Notes: generated by a model from the letters alone, not told the origin. Positions 28,795 to 39,292 are shown, numbered from the stretch's first letter. The stretch: 64,000 bases of DNA from an uncultured Desulfobacterales bacterium (GCA_964593725.1 CAZQJS010000007.1:20828-84827); one strand, 5' to 3'. Translations and numbers: made by a program.

Positions 28795-30207
28795 TTATTC
28801 ATTGTGTTTTTGATAAATTTTCAGTGCATTGACAAAACTTTTTCCAGCTTTGGGACAGCTTCCAAAATGAACATGAAAATAGCTTCCAAGGGTGGATTTT
28901 GTTAAAAAACCAGATAACTCAGATCTATTTTTATCTCTTTTTTTGACATTATATATATTTTCAATACCATTGCCGTCAACAGGATCGTTAAGAAAAGAAT
29001 AGTGAAATTCATGACCCCGTAAAACAGCACCTTTTTCCCCAATCAAAGTCTTTTTTAAAAGGGTAATCTCTCTGTATCCAAGAGATCTAAGTTTCCCGGA
29101 TGTTTCCACGGAAAAAGGAAAACAGGATGCCATGGGATATTTTCTATTATCTGAAAAACCAGTCAAATCAGAACAAAGATACATAAATCCGCCGCATTCA
29201 GCATAAATGGGCATACCAGCAAGGCTCTTTTTTTTAATTTCCTGTAAAAGAGGTCTGTTCTTTGATAATGTTTCAGCATAAATTTCAGGGTATCCACCGC
29301 CAAAATAAATCCCATGGATATTGTCAGGAAGTGAAGAATCACACAAAGGGGAAAAATATATAATTTCTGCACCGTGGTTTTCTAATATTTCAAGATTTTC
29401 AGGATAATAAAAACAAAAAGCCTTATCCTTTGCAACGGCAAGCCTGACTTTTTTACTGGAATGAGAACCTTGTCTATATAATGGTATTTCACTTGAAAAT
29501 TTTCTAATCCCGGGAAGATGAAAAACAAACTCTTTAAGAGAAGTATTTTTATGGATCATTGAGTTGAGTGACATGAGTGCTTTGTGAGTAAGGCTCTGTT
29601 CCCGGGCAGTAATAAGACCTAAGTGGCGGTCTGGAAGATATAGATTTTCATCCCGTAATATATATCCAAGAGGTTTTGCTTTGCAATGTTTGATAATACC
29701 AGCTTCTAAATACTGGTAGTGGTTTGGGCTTCCTGTGCGGTTGAAAATTACACCTGCTATATTGAGATCTTTGTCAAAGCTTTCAAAACCCTTGACAATG
29801 GCAGCTGCACTTGCAGCCATACCCTTTGCATCAACAACAAGAATAACAGGAAGATTGAGCCATTTAGCCATCTGGGCTGTGGATCCGGCTTCTGATATTC
29901 CTCCGTATCCGTCAAAAAGCCCCATTACACCCTCAACAATGGCAAGATCACAATGTTTACATCCTTTCATGAAAAGATATTGATTATACTCCTGGGACAG
30001 CATCCAGGAATCAAGGTTTGTGCTGGTTGTCCCGCAAATTTCTGCATGGTGCCCGGGATCAATAAAATCAGGCCCGATTTTAAAGGGTGCAACCTTATAT
30101 CCAAGAAGGGTAAAGTATTTCATTATACCAAGGGACAAGGTTGTTTTACCACAGTTACTGCCGGTTCCAGCTATAACAAAACCTTTAATTGTGACCTCCC
30201 CGGGCAA
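28795..30207 (-). CDS. cbiA: Cobyrinic acid a,c-diamide synthase
   Basis: N-terminal CbiA ATP-binding GFVIAGTGSNCGKTT. C-terminal GATase with ECGGFMYL. Confidence 0.85.
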   Translation of the reverse strand: MPGEVTIKGFVIAGTGSNCGKTTLSLGIMKYFTLLGYKVAPFKIGPDFIDPGHHAEICGTTSTNLDSWMLSQEYNQYLFMKGCKHCDLAIVEGVMGLFDGYGGISEAGSTAQMAKWLNLPVILVVDAKGMAASAAAIVKGFESFDKDLNIAGVIFNRTGSPNHYQYLEAGIIKHCKAKPLGYILRDENLYLPDRHLGLITAREQSLTHKALMSLNSMIHKNTSLKEFVFHLPGIRKFSSEIPLYRQGSHSSKKVRLAVAKDKAFCFYYPENLEILENHGAEIIYFSPLCDSSLPDNIHGIYFGGGYPEIYAETLSKNRPLLQEIKKKSLAGMPIYAECGGFMYLCSDLTGFSDNRKYPMASCFPFSVETSGKLRSLGYREITLLKKTLIGEKGAVLRGHEFHYSFLNDPVDGNGIENIYNVKKRDKNRSELSGFLTKSTLGSYFHVHFGSCPKAGKSFVNALKIYQKHNE

Positions 30208-30790
30208 GGATGATTAGGGCATTTACCACGCTTGCCGCTACATTTGATCCGCCTTTTCTGCCAGTGTTGGATATAAAAGGGCAGTCAAGGGAGCAAAGTT
30301 CCTGTTTTGATTCTGCAGCATTTACAAACCCGACTGGAAATCCAAGAATGAGGGCAGGCCTGGCTTTTTCTGCTTTAACAAGTTCAATGAGGCGCAGAAG
30401 AGCCGTGGGTGCATTACCAATGACATATATTCCATTTTCCATGATGTCCAGGGCGTGGTCAACAGCAGCTTCTGCCCTGGTAAGGTTATTCTTTTCTGAA
30501 ATTTCTGCAACCTGTGGATCTTTAATATAACAATGGGCCTTTACCCTTATACCAGCCCTGGCCATGTTTGTATCTGTAATAATGGAGCAGTTATTATTCA
30601 AAGCAGTTATTCCTGCGTTAACAGCATCTTTATGAAATTTTACGGTATTAATATATTCAAAATCAGCAGTTGTATGGATCATACGCCTTACAATGGGCCA
30701 TTGAAAATTGTCAAATCCGTGGTCTTCTGCTTCATTGTCAATAATTTTAAAGCTTAACTCTTCTATGCTCTGGGGTTTCATAAATGTCAT
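30185..30790 (-). CDS. cbiC: Cobalt-precorrin-8 methylmutase
   Basis: 201 aa. CbiC/CobH features (VRRMIHTTADFEY, GNAPTAL). Confidence 0.8.
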   Translation of the reverse strand: MTFMKPQSIEELSFKIIDNEAEDHGFDNFQWPIVRRMIHTTADFEYINTVKFHKDAVNAGITALNNNCSIITDTNMARAGIRVKAHCYIKDPQVAEISEKNNLTRAEAAVDHALDIMENGIYVIGNAPTALLRLIELVKAEKARPALILGFPVGFVNAAESKQELCSLDCPFISNTGRKGGSNVAASVVNALIILARGGHN

Positions 30791-30904
30791 TCCTCTTGTT
30801 TATAATAATTTCTTAATTAAATTACCATTATTATGCCATGTCTTGCAATATATCACACAATGAATTGACTTGAATAAAAATATATATAAGATTATCTTTT
30901 AAAA

Positions 30905-33835
30905 ATGAACAGACAGGAAAATATAATGGAAAAACATTCTTATGAAAAAATCATACATGAACTTTTTAAAAACATTTCCAGGGAAGAAAATGCAAATCTG
31001 TTAACAAAGATAGATAACATTCTTAAACACCCCTTAAATTTCAGAAAAGATCTTATTGAAGATTTAAATTTCAGAAAAGAATTTGTAACAGCGCTTTTTT
31101 TCAGCGATTTTATAGCATCAAGTCTTGCAGGGTATCCTGACATTTTACAGGATCTTATAAATTCAGATGCATTAAACAGGTCCTGCAATGGCAATGAAAT
31201 CTTTGAAAAAAATGAACAGAGTTTAAAAAATCTGACCTGTGAGTCTGATATACGAAAATTTGTTTTCAGAATAAAACTTTTTGAAAATATCAGGATTGCA
31301 TGGAGGGATTTGAATCAAAAAGCAGATCTTGATGAAACATTAAATGATATTTCTTCACTTGCCGACTTGTGCATAAATATGGTTTCAGATTGTATTTACA
31401 ACATGTTATGCATGAAATATGGAATACCAAGGCATAAAGACGGAACAAGACAGGAGCTTATAGTACTGGGCATGGGAAAACTGGGTGCAGGGGAACTTAA
31501 TTTCTCATCTGACATTGACCTTGTATTTGTCTATTCCGGAAAAGGGTATACAGATGGTGAAAAACAAATTCTGAATGAAGAATTTTTCACAAAAATGTGC
31601 AGAGCTGTAATCAATGTTTTAAACAGCAGTGGTAAAGGGATTAATTTTTTCAGGGTTGATACCAGGCTCAGGCCATTTGGAGCCACAGGCCCACTTGTCA
31701 TGAGCCAGGAAGAGTTTGTGGAGTATTACCAGACCCAGGGCAGGGAGTGGGAACGGTATGCCTTTATAAAAGCACGCCCTGTTGCAGGTGATAAAAAAAG
31801 AGGACAGGCCCTGTTAAAAGAGTTAAACCCCTTTATTTATAGACGTTATTTTGATTATGGAACCTTTGATTCCTTTAAGGATATGAAAAAGAGAATATCC
31901 CTGCAGACAAATAACGCCAACCTGTTTGACAACATAAAATCAGGTCCCGGGGGAATAAGGGAGATAGAGTTTTTTGGCCAGATTTTTCAACTGATTCGCG
32001 GAGGTATAGAGCCGGAACTCCAGGAGGGTAAAATTTTAAAGGTTCTTGAATTACTTGTAAAATATGCCTGTATTGATAAAAAAACCTGTAAAGAGCTTTC
32101 CAAAGCATATATTTTTTTAAGAAGGGTTGAAAACCGGCTTCAGATGTTTCAGGATCTCCAGACCCATGACCTTCCAAAAGAGAAAACAAGGCAGTTAAAG
32201 CTTGCCCTGGCAATGGGCTTTGCCTCGTATAAAAATTTTCTTAAAATATTAGATCAACATAGAAACAGGGTGCACCAGCACTTTAAAGAGCTGCTTGTTT
32301 CAGAAGAGGATGAAACAGATGATAAAGAGATAGAGAATTATAAACAATTATGGCTCAATATCAATGACCCTCAATCACGGATTAAAACAGAAAAGATTCC
32401 AGGATATGACAATCCAGGCAAAGTTGTAAAACAATTGCAAACCTTAGAAGAGCATCCAAAAACCCAGCGGCTTGCTCCCAGTGGAAGAAGCCGCCTTAAC
32501 AGGCTCATGCCCCTGGTACTTCAAAAAGCAACCAAATGTGCAGACCCTGAACTTGCTCTGATGCGTTTGATAGAGATGATAATAACCATAGAATCAAGGG
32601 CCTGTTATATCTCTTTGCTCCTGGAGAACAAGGGAGCTTTAAATACTTTATCTGATCTTGCAGAAAAAAGCCCGTGGATAATCTCTTTTTTGTCCAGGCA
32701 TCCGGCCCTGCTGGATGAACTCCTTGATACAGAAACCCTCTATTCTCCACCTGAAAAACAGGAGCTTGAGGTTCTGCTTAAAAGGCGTATGTCAAAAATA
32801 GACAAAAATAATATTGAATTTCAACTGGAAGAATTATCGGTTTTCAAACAGACCAATACGTTAAGGGTTGCAGCAGCAGACATCAGCAGGAATTACCCTT
32901 TAATGAAAGTAAGTGATAAGCTTACCTATATTGCAGAAACAGTACTTGATAAAGTACTTGAAATAGCCTGGAACATGGTCACAGAAAAATATGGCACACC
33001 CCTTGATAAAGATAAAAACATATCAGGTTTTCAATCTGAATCATGCGGGTTTGCAATTGTTACCTATGGTAAAGTGGGCGGGTTTGAAACAGGCTATAAA
33101 TCAGATATTGATCTTATATTTATCTGCTCTGAAAACCCGGGAAAAACAGTTCAAGGGGAAAAAAGCATAGATAATATCGGCTTTTATTCCATCCTTGGAC
33201 AGAGAATAATCAGTGCTCTGACAATGCACACCCCGGCAGGCAGGCTCTATGGTGCAGACATGAGATTAAGGCCAGGAGGCCAGGCAGGCCCCATTGTAAC
33301 CACCATTGATGCTTTAAAAGAGTATTTTGAAAAAACAGCATGGACCTGGGAACACCAGGCCCTGATACGGGCAAGACCGGTAAGCGGAGATAAAAATATT
33401 CAGGAACGGTTCAACAGTATAAGGAAAACCATTATTTCCCAAAAACGTGATTCAGACAAACTTAAAACTGAAGTTTTTGAAATGCGCAAGCGCATGAAAA
33501 AAGAACATCTTAAACTTAAAAAAGGTTTTTTTGATATAAAACAGGGTAATGGCGGCATCATAGACATTGAGTTTCTGGTTCAGTATCTTGTTTTAAACTG
33601 GAGCCATACCTATCCGGCATTAACAATCAGAACAGATAATGTAAGGCTTCTTGAAACCCTTGCAAGGGAAAAAATAATTTTACAAAAAGAGTGCAAAGTC
33701 CTAAAAAAAGCATATTTAACAATGAGAAAGGCTATCCACAGAATGAATCTTGAGGAAAAAGACCCTGTTGTACCAGAGGATCATTTTAAAAAATTAAGAA
33801 AAAGTGTGATTGATCTGTATAATAAATATTTATAA
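30905..33835 (+). CDS. glnE: Bifunctional glutamine synthetase adenylyltransferase/adenylyl-removing enzyme
   Basis: 976 aa. It has two nucleotidyltransferase modules (GMGKLGAGELNFSSDIDLVFVY and YGKVGGFETGYKSDIDLIFIC), each followed by a GlnE helical domain. Confidence 0.85.
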   Translation: MNRQENIMEKHSYEKIIHELFKNISREENANLLTKIDNILKHPLNFRKDLIEDLNFRKEFVTALFFSDFIASSLAGYPDILQDLINSDALNRSCNGNEIFEKNEQSLKNLTCESDIRKFVFRIKLFENIRIAWRDLNQKADLDETLNDISSLADLCINMVSDCIYNMLCMKYGIPRHKDGTRQELIVLGMGKLGAGELNFSSDIDLVFVYSGKGYTDGEKQILNEEFFTKMCRAVINVLNSSGKGINFFRVDTRLRPFGATGPLVMSQEEFVEYYQTQGREWERYAFIKARPVAGDKKRGQALLKELNPFIYRRYFDYGTFDSFKDMKKRISLQTNNANLFDNIKSGPGGIREIEFFGQIFQLIRGGIEPELQEGKILKVLELLVKYACIDKKTCKELSKAYIFLRRVENRLQMFQDLQTHDLPKEKTRQLKLALAMGFASYKNFLKILDQHRNRVHQHFKELLVSEEDETDDKEIENYKQLWLNINDPQSRIKTEKIPGYDNPGKVVKQLQTLEEHPKTQRLAPSGRSRLNRLMPLVLQKATKCADPELALMRLIEMIITIESRACYISLLLENKGALNTLSDLAEKSPWIISFLSRHPALLDELLDTETLYSPPEKQELEVLLKRRMSKIDKNNIEFQLEELSVFKQTNTLRVAAADISRNYPLMKVSDKLTYIAETVLDKVLEIAWNMVTEKYGTPLDKDKNISGFQSESCGFAIVTYGKVGGFETGYKSDIDLIFICSENPGKTVQGEKSIDNIGFYSILGQRIISALTMHTPAGRLYGADMRLRPGGQAGPIVTTIDALKEYFEKTAWTWEHQALIRARPVSGDKNIQERFNSIRKTIISQKRDSDKLKTEVFEMRKRMKKEHLKLKKGFFDIKQGNGGIIDIEFLVQYLVLNWSHTYPALTIRTDNVRLLETLAREKIILQKECKVLKKAYLTMRKAIHRMNLEEKDPVVPEDHFKKLRKSVIDLYNKYL

Positions 33836-33857
33836 CCGGGCATAAGGATATCAAAAT

Positions 33858-34370
33858 ATGAAAAAATTCTTTTATTGTATCATATCTGTTTTCATAATCG
33901 CTTTTCTACATGGGTGTAATGAAACAATTGGTGAGTATATTGCAGCATCTTCCATAAGCCGTGGAGGATATGCTGCAAATCCGAGCCATATGTTAAAATT
34001 AAACGGCAGAGAAATAAGCGTGTGGGGATACGTGGACCATGGCAATATGTATGGAAACGATGATGTAAAAAAAATTCTGCAGGACTGGTACGGTGGAAAA
34101 GGTCCGCATCAATCCAGATGGCGTTTTGGCCTGAAAGGGAAAAAAAATGACGAGGTGGGCTGTTCATTTTCTGTACATGTTGCAAATGACCCGGGCAGGG
34201 ATAATCTCCTTAAGGCTTTTCTTTCAGATGCAAAGGCTGATAAACCAACCATGGTATTTATAAAAGGCAGAGTCTTTACTTCTGATTTGCCAACTAATTT
34301 TCATCATTTGACAGGCATCTATATGGTGGTAAAATCGACAAAAGACATCACGCTTGAGCATCCAAAATAG
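33858..34370 (+). CDS. Hypothetical secreted protein or lipoprotein
   Basis: Signal peptide with Cys (FLHGC). No family recognised. Confidence 0.4.
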   Translation: MKKFFYCIISVFIIAFLHGCNETIGEYIAASSISRGGYAANPSHMLKLNGREISVWGYVDHGNMYGNDDVKKILQDWYGGKGPHQSRWRFGLKGKKNDEVGCSFSVHVANDPGRDNLLKAFLSDAKADKPTMVFIKGRVFTSDLPTNFHHLTGIYMVVKSTKDITLEHPK

Positions 34371-34374
34371 AATA

Positions 34375-35646
34375 TCACTGCAGGGTTTTTGATTGGTTAG
34401 TGTGAATATTTCCTCTGCTTACAATCATCTTCACAGGGTTTGATCCCATAAAATAGCTAAGATCACACGGGTTATTTATATCCATTACCACAAAATCCGC
34501 ATCCTTTCCCTGTTCAATGGTTCCTTTCCTGTGGGAAAGCCCCAGGGCCTTTGCACCGTTGATGGTCGCACCCAGAAGTGATTCTTCAGGGGTAAGGCCG
34601 AATAAAACAGATGCCATGTTCATTGCCAGAAGCAGGGAGGCAAGTGGACTTGAACCCGGATTAAAATCCGTGGAAACTGCCATGGGAATGTTCAATTCCC
34701 GCATCAGGTTAACGGGTGGTTTCTGTTTTTCACCCAAAAAATAGAATGCCCCTGGTAACAAGACAGCTGTAACACGATTTTCTGCCATTTTTTCAAGGCT
34801 CTGCTTTGATACATATTCAAGATGATCACACGAGAGAGCACCCAGGCCTGCAGCCATCAAAGCACCATTGGAATCTGAAAGCTGTTCCGCATGCAGCTTA
34901 ATATCAAACCCAAGTTTCCCTGCTTTTAAAAAAACTCTTTTGGTTTCTTCCGGGGAAAATCCTATATTTTCACAAAAGGCATCAACACTTGTTGCAATGG
35001 CCTGTTCTTTCACCTCTGGCAATACCTTATCCACAATAAAATCAATATACTTTTTCTGATTTGTTCCATATTCAGGGGGCAGGGCATGGGCGCCCAGAAA
35101 AGTTGCTTGAATGGTTGCAGGGTGGTTATCATCAAGTTTTTTTATCACCCTGAGCATTTTAAGTTCTGTACCAAGGTCAAGGCCGTATCCTGACTTTATC
35201 TCAATGGTGGTTGCACCCTGGCTGAACAGAAAATTTACTCTTTTTAAGGCATTGTTGTACAGGGAATCAAAGGATTCTTCACGTGTATCTTTAACCGTTG
35301 AAAATATTCCACCGCCGCTTTTTGCAATCTCTTCATAGGTTGCGCCAAGAAGCCTCATTTCAAACTCCTTTGACCGTGATCCGCCAAAAACAAGATGGGT
35401 ATGACAATCAATAAGTCCCGGCACAATCCATGCCCTTTCCAGGTCATGTATTTCAGGGCTGTTTTTTTCATATTCACCGGGCATGTCCTTTCTTTTACCC
35501 ACAAAAGATATTTTGTCATCCCTGATGCCAAGAACACCGTCATGGATTGGCGAATACCTGTTATCTGCCATGGTTGCAATATTGCAGTTGATAAACAGGT
35601 GATCTGAATGATGTGCCATGGAGGTTAAGGATTTTTTATTCTGCAT
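34375..35646 (-). CDS. hutI: Imidazolonepropionase
   Basis: Amidohydrolase metal-binding motif GLIDCHTHLVFGG, plus HAEQL and VSTDFNPG. 423 aa. Confidence 0.85.
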   Translation of the reverse strand: MQNKKSLTSMAHHSDHLFINCNIATMADNRYSPIHDGVLGIRDDKISFVGKRKDMPGEYEKNSPEIHDLERAWIVPGLIDCHTHLVFGGSRSKEFEMRLLGATYEEIAKSGGGIFSTVKDTREESFDSLYNNALKRVNFLFSQGATTIEIKSGYGLDLGTELKMLRVIKKLDDNHPATIQATFLGAHALPPEYGTNQKKYIDFIVDKVLPEVKEQAIATSVDAFCENIGFSPEETKRVFLKAGKLGFDIKLHAEQLSDSNGALMAAGLGALSCDHLEYVSKQSLEKMAENRVTAVLLPGAFYFLGEKQKPPVNLMRELNIPMAVSTDFNPGSSPLASLLLAMNMASVLFGLTPEESLLGATINGAKALGLSHRKGTIEQGKDADFVVMDINNPCDLSYFMGSNPVKMIVSRGNIHTNQSKTLQ

Positions 35647-37675
35647 TTTTCTCCATATCTGGTTGATAAAACCTGTTAATCAAATCATCATCCACAATAT
35701 ATGGCAATGTAATATGATCTTTGCTGTTTTCGTCATTATAAGCAATACATGTTTCAATGGAATTTTCACACCTTGCCCAGGCCCTTCTTGCAACTCCTCC
35801 CATGACATCCCAGTTCATGGCGCTCTTAATAATTTTATCAATGCGCCGGCTGCCGTCTAGGACCAGTCCAAACCCACCGTTTACAGCCCTTCCAATGCCG
35901 ACCCCGCCTCCATTGTGCAGGGAAACAAGACTCATGCCCCTTGCAGCGTTGCCGGCAAAACAGTGGGTTGCCATATCTGCCATGATATTTGACCCATCTT
36001 TTATATTGGCAGTCTCCCTGAAGGGTGAATCTGTGCCGCCGGTGTCATGGTGATCTCTTCCCAGCATTACAGGCCCTATCTTTTTATTTCTGACCATTTC
36101 ATTGAATTTTAATGCAATTTTTATCCTTCCCTTTGCATCCTGGTATAGAATTCTTGCCTGGGTGCCAACCACAAGTTTATTCTTTTTAGCATCACGTATC
36201 CAGACATAATTATCCCTGTCCTGGAATCTTGTTTCATGGTCAATACACTCCATGGCAGCCTTATCCGTTGCATCAAGATCTTTTTCTTCTCCGCTGAGGC
36301 ATACCCACCTGAAGGGCCCGTACCCGTAATCAAATAAAAGTGGGCCCATGATGTCCTCCACATAGGAAGGAAAAATAAAACCATTGTTTGTATTTTTTCC
36401 GTTTTTGCATATATCTTCAGCGCCTGCATCATATACAGCCTTAAGAAAATTATTACCATAGTCAAAAAAATAGGTGCCCCTTGCAACAAGTTTTTTAATC
36501 AGACCATAATGTTTTTGCAAAGAAATATCCACAAGCTGCTTAAATTTTCCATGGTCAACGGCAAGAAGCCCGGTTCTTTCATCAAAGCTCAAACCCTGGG
36601 GACAATACCCTCCATCATACACAACATGACAGGATGTCTGATCACTTAAAAGATCAATATTAATATTATATTTTACAGCATATTCCAGTAAATCCACAAT
36701 ATTTCCATAAAAGGCAATGGCAGCTTTTTTCTTCTGTTTCAGGTATAGTGCTGCAGTTTCAAAGGCCATGGCCGGGCTCTGGGCAATATGACTCACCCAT
36801 TCCTGGCTCAACCTTGTTTCTATGCGTGAATAATCAACCTCTGCTATGATTCCCACACCATTGGCTATTTCCACAGCCTTTCCCTGGGCTCCGCTCATAC
36901 CTCCAAGACCGGAACTTACAAAAAGAGTACCTGACATGTCATCTTCATTGGATTTATTCTGCATACGCACAGCATTTAAAAGGGTGTTATATGTTCCATG
37001 CACAATGCCCTGGGGTCCGATATACATCCAGCCGCCTGCAGTCATCTGGCCATAGTTTGCAACTCCAAGTGCAGCAGCACGGGAAAATTGATCATTATTA
37101 TCAAAAATTCCAACCATTAAAGCATTGGATATAATTACCCGGGGAGAATCAGGGGATGATCTGAAAAGTCCAAGGGGATGTCCTGATTCAACAACAAGGG
37201 TAAGCTCTTCAGACAACTCTTCAAGGTATGCTTTTATGAGCTGGTACTGCATCCAGTTCTGGCACACCTGGCCTGTCTCTCCATATGTTACAAGCTCATA
37301 GGGGTACAGGGCAACGTCAAAATCAAGATTATTATCTATCATTGTCTGGAAAGCTCTGCCTTCAATGCATCTGGATTTATAACTGTCAATGGGTTTTCCT
37401 GTTATCCTTCCACAGGGCCGGAACCTGTAGCCATAAATCCGGCCGTAAGTATTCAGCTCATGTGCAAATTCCGGTGCAAGGATTTGATGCCACTTTTCAG
37501 GTATATACCTCAGCGCATTTTTCAAGGCAAGTCTTCTGTCATCAAGTGACAGTTCTGCATGCCTTCTGGGTGCACGCCTTATACCTTTAATAAATTCACA
37601 TTCCATAGGTAAAGTTTTAAAAATATTTTCAAGTTTAATCCTCATGGAGCCTGAAATACGGCTGTTTTTTGACAT
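35636..37675 (-). CDS. hutU: Urocanate hydratase (long form)
   Basis: Core matches urocanase (YGQMTAGGWMYIGPQGIVHGTY, GLGGMSGAQ, GRDHHDTGGTDSP). 679 aa with N- and C-terminal extensions. 11-nt overlap with hutI. Confidence 0.85.
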   Translation of the reverse strand: MSKNSRISGSMRIKLENIFKTLPMECEFIKGIRRAPRRHAELSLDDRRLALKNALRYIPEKWHQILAPEFAHELNTYGRIYGYRFRPCGRITGKPIDSYKSRCIEGRAFQTMIDNNLDFDVALYPYELVTYGETGQVCQNWMQYQLIKAYLEELSEELTLVVESGHPLGLFRSSPDSPRVIISNALMVGIFDNNDQFSRAAALGVANYGQMTAGGWMYIGPQGIVHGTYNTLLNAVRMQNKSNEDDMSGTLFVSSGLGGMSGAQGKAVEIANGVGIIAEVDYSRIETRLSQEWVSHIAQSPAMAFETAALYLKQKKKAAIAFYGNIVDLLEYAVKYNINIDLLSDQTSCHVVYDGGYCPQGLSFDERTGLLAVDHGKFKQLVDISLQKHYGLIKKLVARGTYFFDYGNNFLKAVYDAGAEDICKNGKNTNNGFIFPSYVEDIMGPLLFDYGYGPFRWVCLSGEEKDLDATDKAAMECIDHETRFQDRDNYVWIRDAKKNKLVVGTQARILYQDAKGRIKIALKFNEMVRNKKIGPVMLGRDHHDTGGTDSPFRETANIKDGSNIMADMATHCFAGNAARGMSLVSLHNGGGVGIGRAVNGGFGLVLDGSRRIDKIIKSAMNWDVMGGVARRAWARCENSIETCIAYNDENSKDHITLPYIVDDDLINRFYQPDMEKNAE

Positions 37676-37880
37676 GGCAAACCTCTGTTAACCGTTGTTG
37701 TTATTTTTTTAAACCCTAGAGTTGTATATACAACCACAAATCAAATGTCAACCATCTTAAAATTTTTCCTTGACTTGTCCATGAAATTCATGCAGAATTA
37801 TTGAATAAAACTAAAATCCTTACAATATTTATATTAACTTTTATTACAGGTACATTGATTCTCGTAAACAGGAGGATAAA

Positions 37881-38225
37881 ATGGGCAGCAATGATATCAT
37901 TGACCTTGACGAATTAAAAGAGATCATGGACAATGACATGGATCTTATTAAAGAGTGTTTTGACGAATTTCGCAGGGAGTGGGTGGACTCTTTTGGCGAT
38001 GTGGCAAAGGCAGTTGAAAACAAGGATGCATCAAAACTTGATGAAGCAGCCCATAAGCTGAAGGGGACCTTAAGATATCTTGCGGCAGACCAGGCACAAA
38101 AGGCAGCCTATGCCCTTGAACGAGCAGGTAAAGAAAAATCATTGGAAAACCTTGATACAAAACTTGCTTCCCTTGAAAAAAGGGGGGTTGAGGTATTAAA
38201 CTATATTGACAGTTTTAAAGAATAA
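37881..38225 (+). CDS. Hpt (histidine phosphotransfer) domain protein
   Basis: 114 aa. Phosphorylatable His in the context AAHKLKGTLRYLAAD. Confidence 0.65.
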   Translation: MGSNDIIDLDELKEIMDNDMDLIKECFDEFRREWVDSFGDVAKAVENKDASKLDEAAHKLKGTLRYLAADQAQKAAYALERAGKEKSLENLDTKLASLEKRGVEVLNYIDSFKE

Positions 38226-38245
38226 ACTTTACCGGAGGATATAAT

Positions 38246-38743
38246 ATGGCAGATCCGGATATAGCAGATTCACGAAAATACCAGAACATTTCCATTCTAT
38301 TTGTTGATGATGATAAAATGGCTCAAAAGCTTATGTCAAAATTTCTCAAGGACTGGAATATATTCTGCGCATCCTCGGGCAAGGAAGCACTGGAAGCCAT
38401 GGAGGAAAAAACCTATGCTGTGGTGTTTTTAGACTACCAGATGCCCGGCATGAACGGCATAGAGCTTTTACAGCGAATCAAAAAACGACATAATATGGTC
38501 CAGGTTATTATGATAACCGGGTCTGACGAGCTCAACACTTTAATCACAAGCCTGTCCCATGGAGCCGATGATTTTATTTTAAAGCCTGTTAAAAAAGAGA
38601 CCCTTTTCAAGGTGCTTGGAAATACCTGTGATAAAATAACAAGGTGGACAGGTGTTATGAAGGCTCTTTACAAAAAAAAGAAAAACAGACCAGAACCTCC
38701 TGAAAAATCCGGAAAACCTGAAACTCCCCAAGCAAAAAAATAG
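38246..38743 (+). CDS. Single-domain response regulator (REC only) with a Lys/Pro-rich C-terminal tail
   Basis: ILFVDDDKMAQK...VVFLDYQMPGMNG...MITGS. Tail KKKKNRPEPPEKSGKPETPQAKK. Confidence 0.75.
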   Translation: MADPDIADSRKYQNISILFVDDDKMAQKLMSKFLKDWNIFCASSGKEALEAMEEKTYAVVFLDYQMPGMNGIELLQRIKKRHNMVQVIMITGSDELNTLITSLSHGADDFILKPVKKETLFKVLGNTCDKITRWTGVMKALYKKKKNRPEPPEKSGKPETPQAKK

Positions 38744-38858
38744 TTTAAAAACCAAGTTAAAATATGCTGTTTATTGTATTGACCGGAAGTCTGAAAACAA
38801 GTAAAAAGAGTGGTTAAAAAGTTTCAGGCGGAAAAGTTTATTAATTTAAGGATAAAAA

Positions 38859-39131
38859 ATGAGTATAAAAATAAATATCCATGTAACCCACCGGCAATAC
38901 ACAAACAATCAAAAAACCATTGAGGTTGATGGAGGTACTGTTAAAGAAGCCCTTTTGAACCTGTGCGGAAAGTATCCGGACATAAAACCCCAGTTGTTTA
39001 ATGAGAAAAATCAGCTCTTAAGACATATTGAAATATATATCAACAGTGAAAGCGCATATCCCGATGAACTGAACAAAACCGTTGCACCTGGAGATGAACT
39101 GCATATTACAGCCTTTCTCAGTGGTGGATAG
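38859..39131 (+). CDS. MoaD/ThiS-type ubiquitin-like small protein ending in Gly-Gly
   Basis: 90 aa, beta-grasp-like. The C-terminus ...ITAFLSGG* matches the sulfur-carrier/ubiquitin-like diglycine end. Confidence 0.5.
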   Translation: MSIKINIHVTHRQYTNNQKTIEVDGGTVKEALLNLCGKYPDIKPQLFNEKNQLLRHIEIYINSESAYPDELNKTVAPGDELHITAFLSGG

Positions 39132-39292
39132 CCTGGATATTTTATTTGATGTCAGGGCTTGAGAATTACTGAAATTATCTTGAACTGCTTGACTTTACCC
39201 CAAATAAAAATATATCTTACAAAACAGGTTTTCAAAGGGTTTTTATTTTAATGATTAATATAAACTTTTATTATTAAGAAAATGGAGACAAT

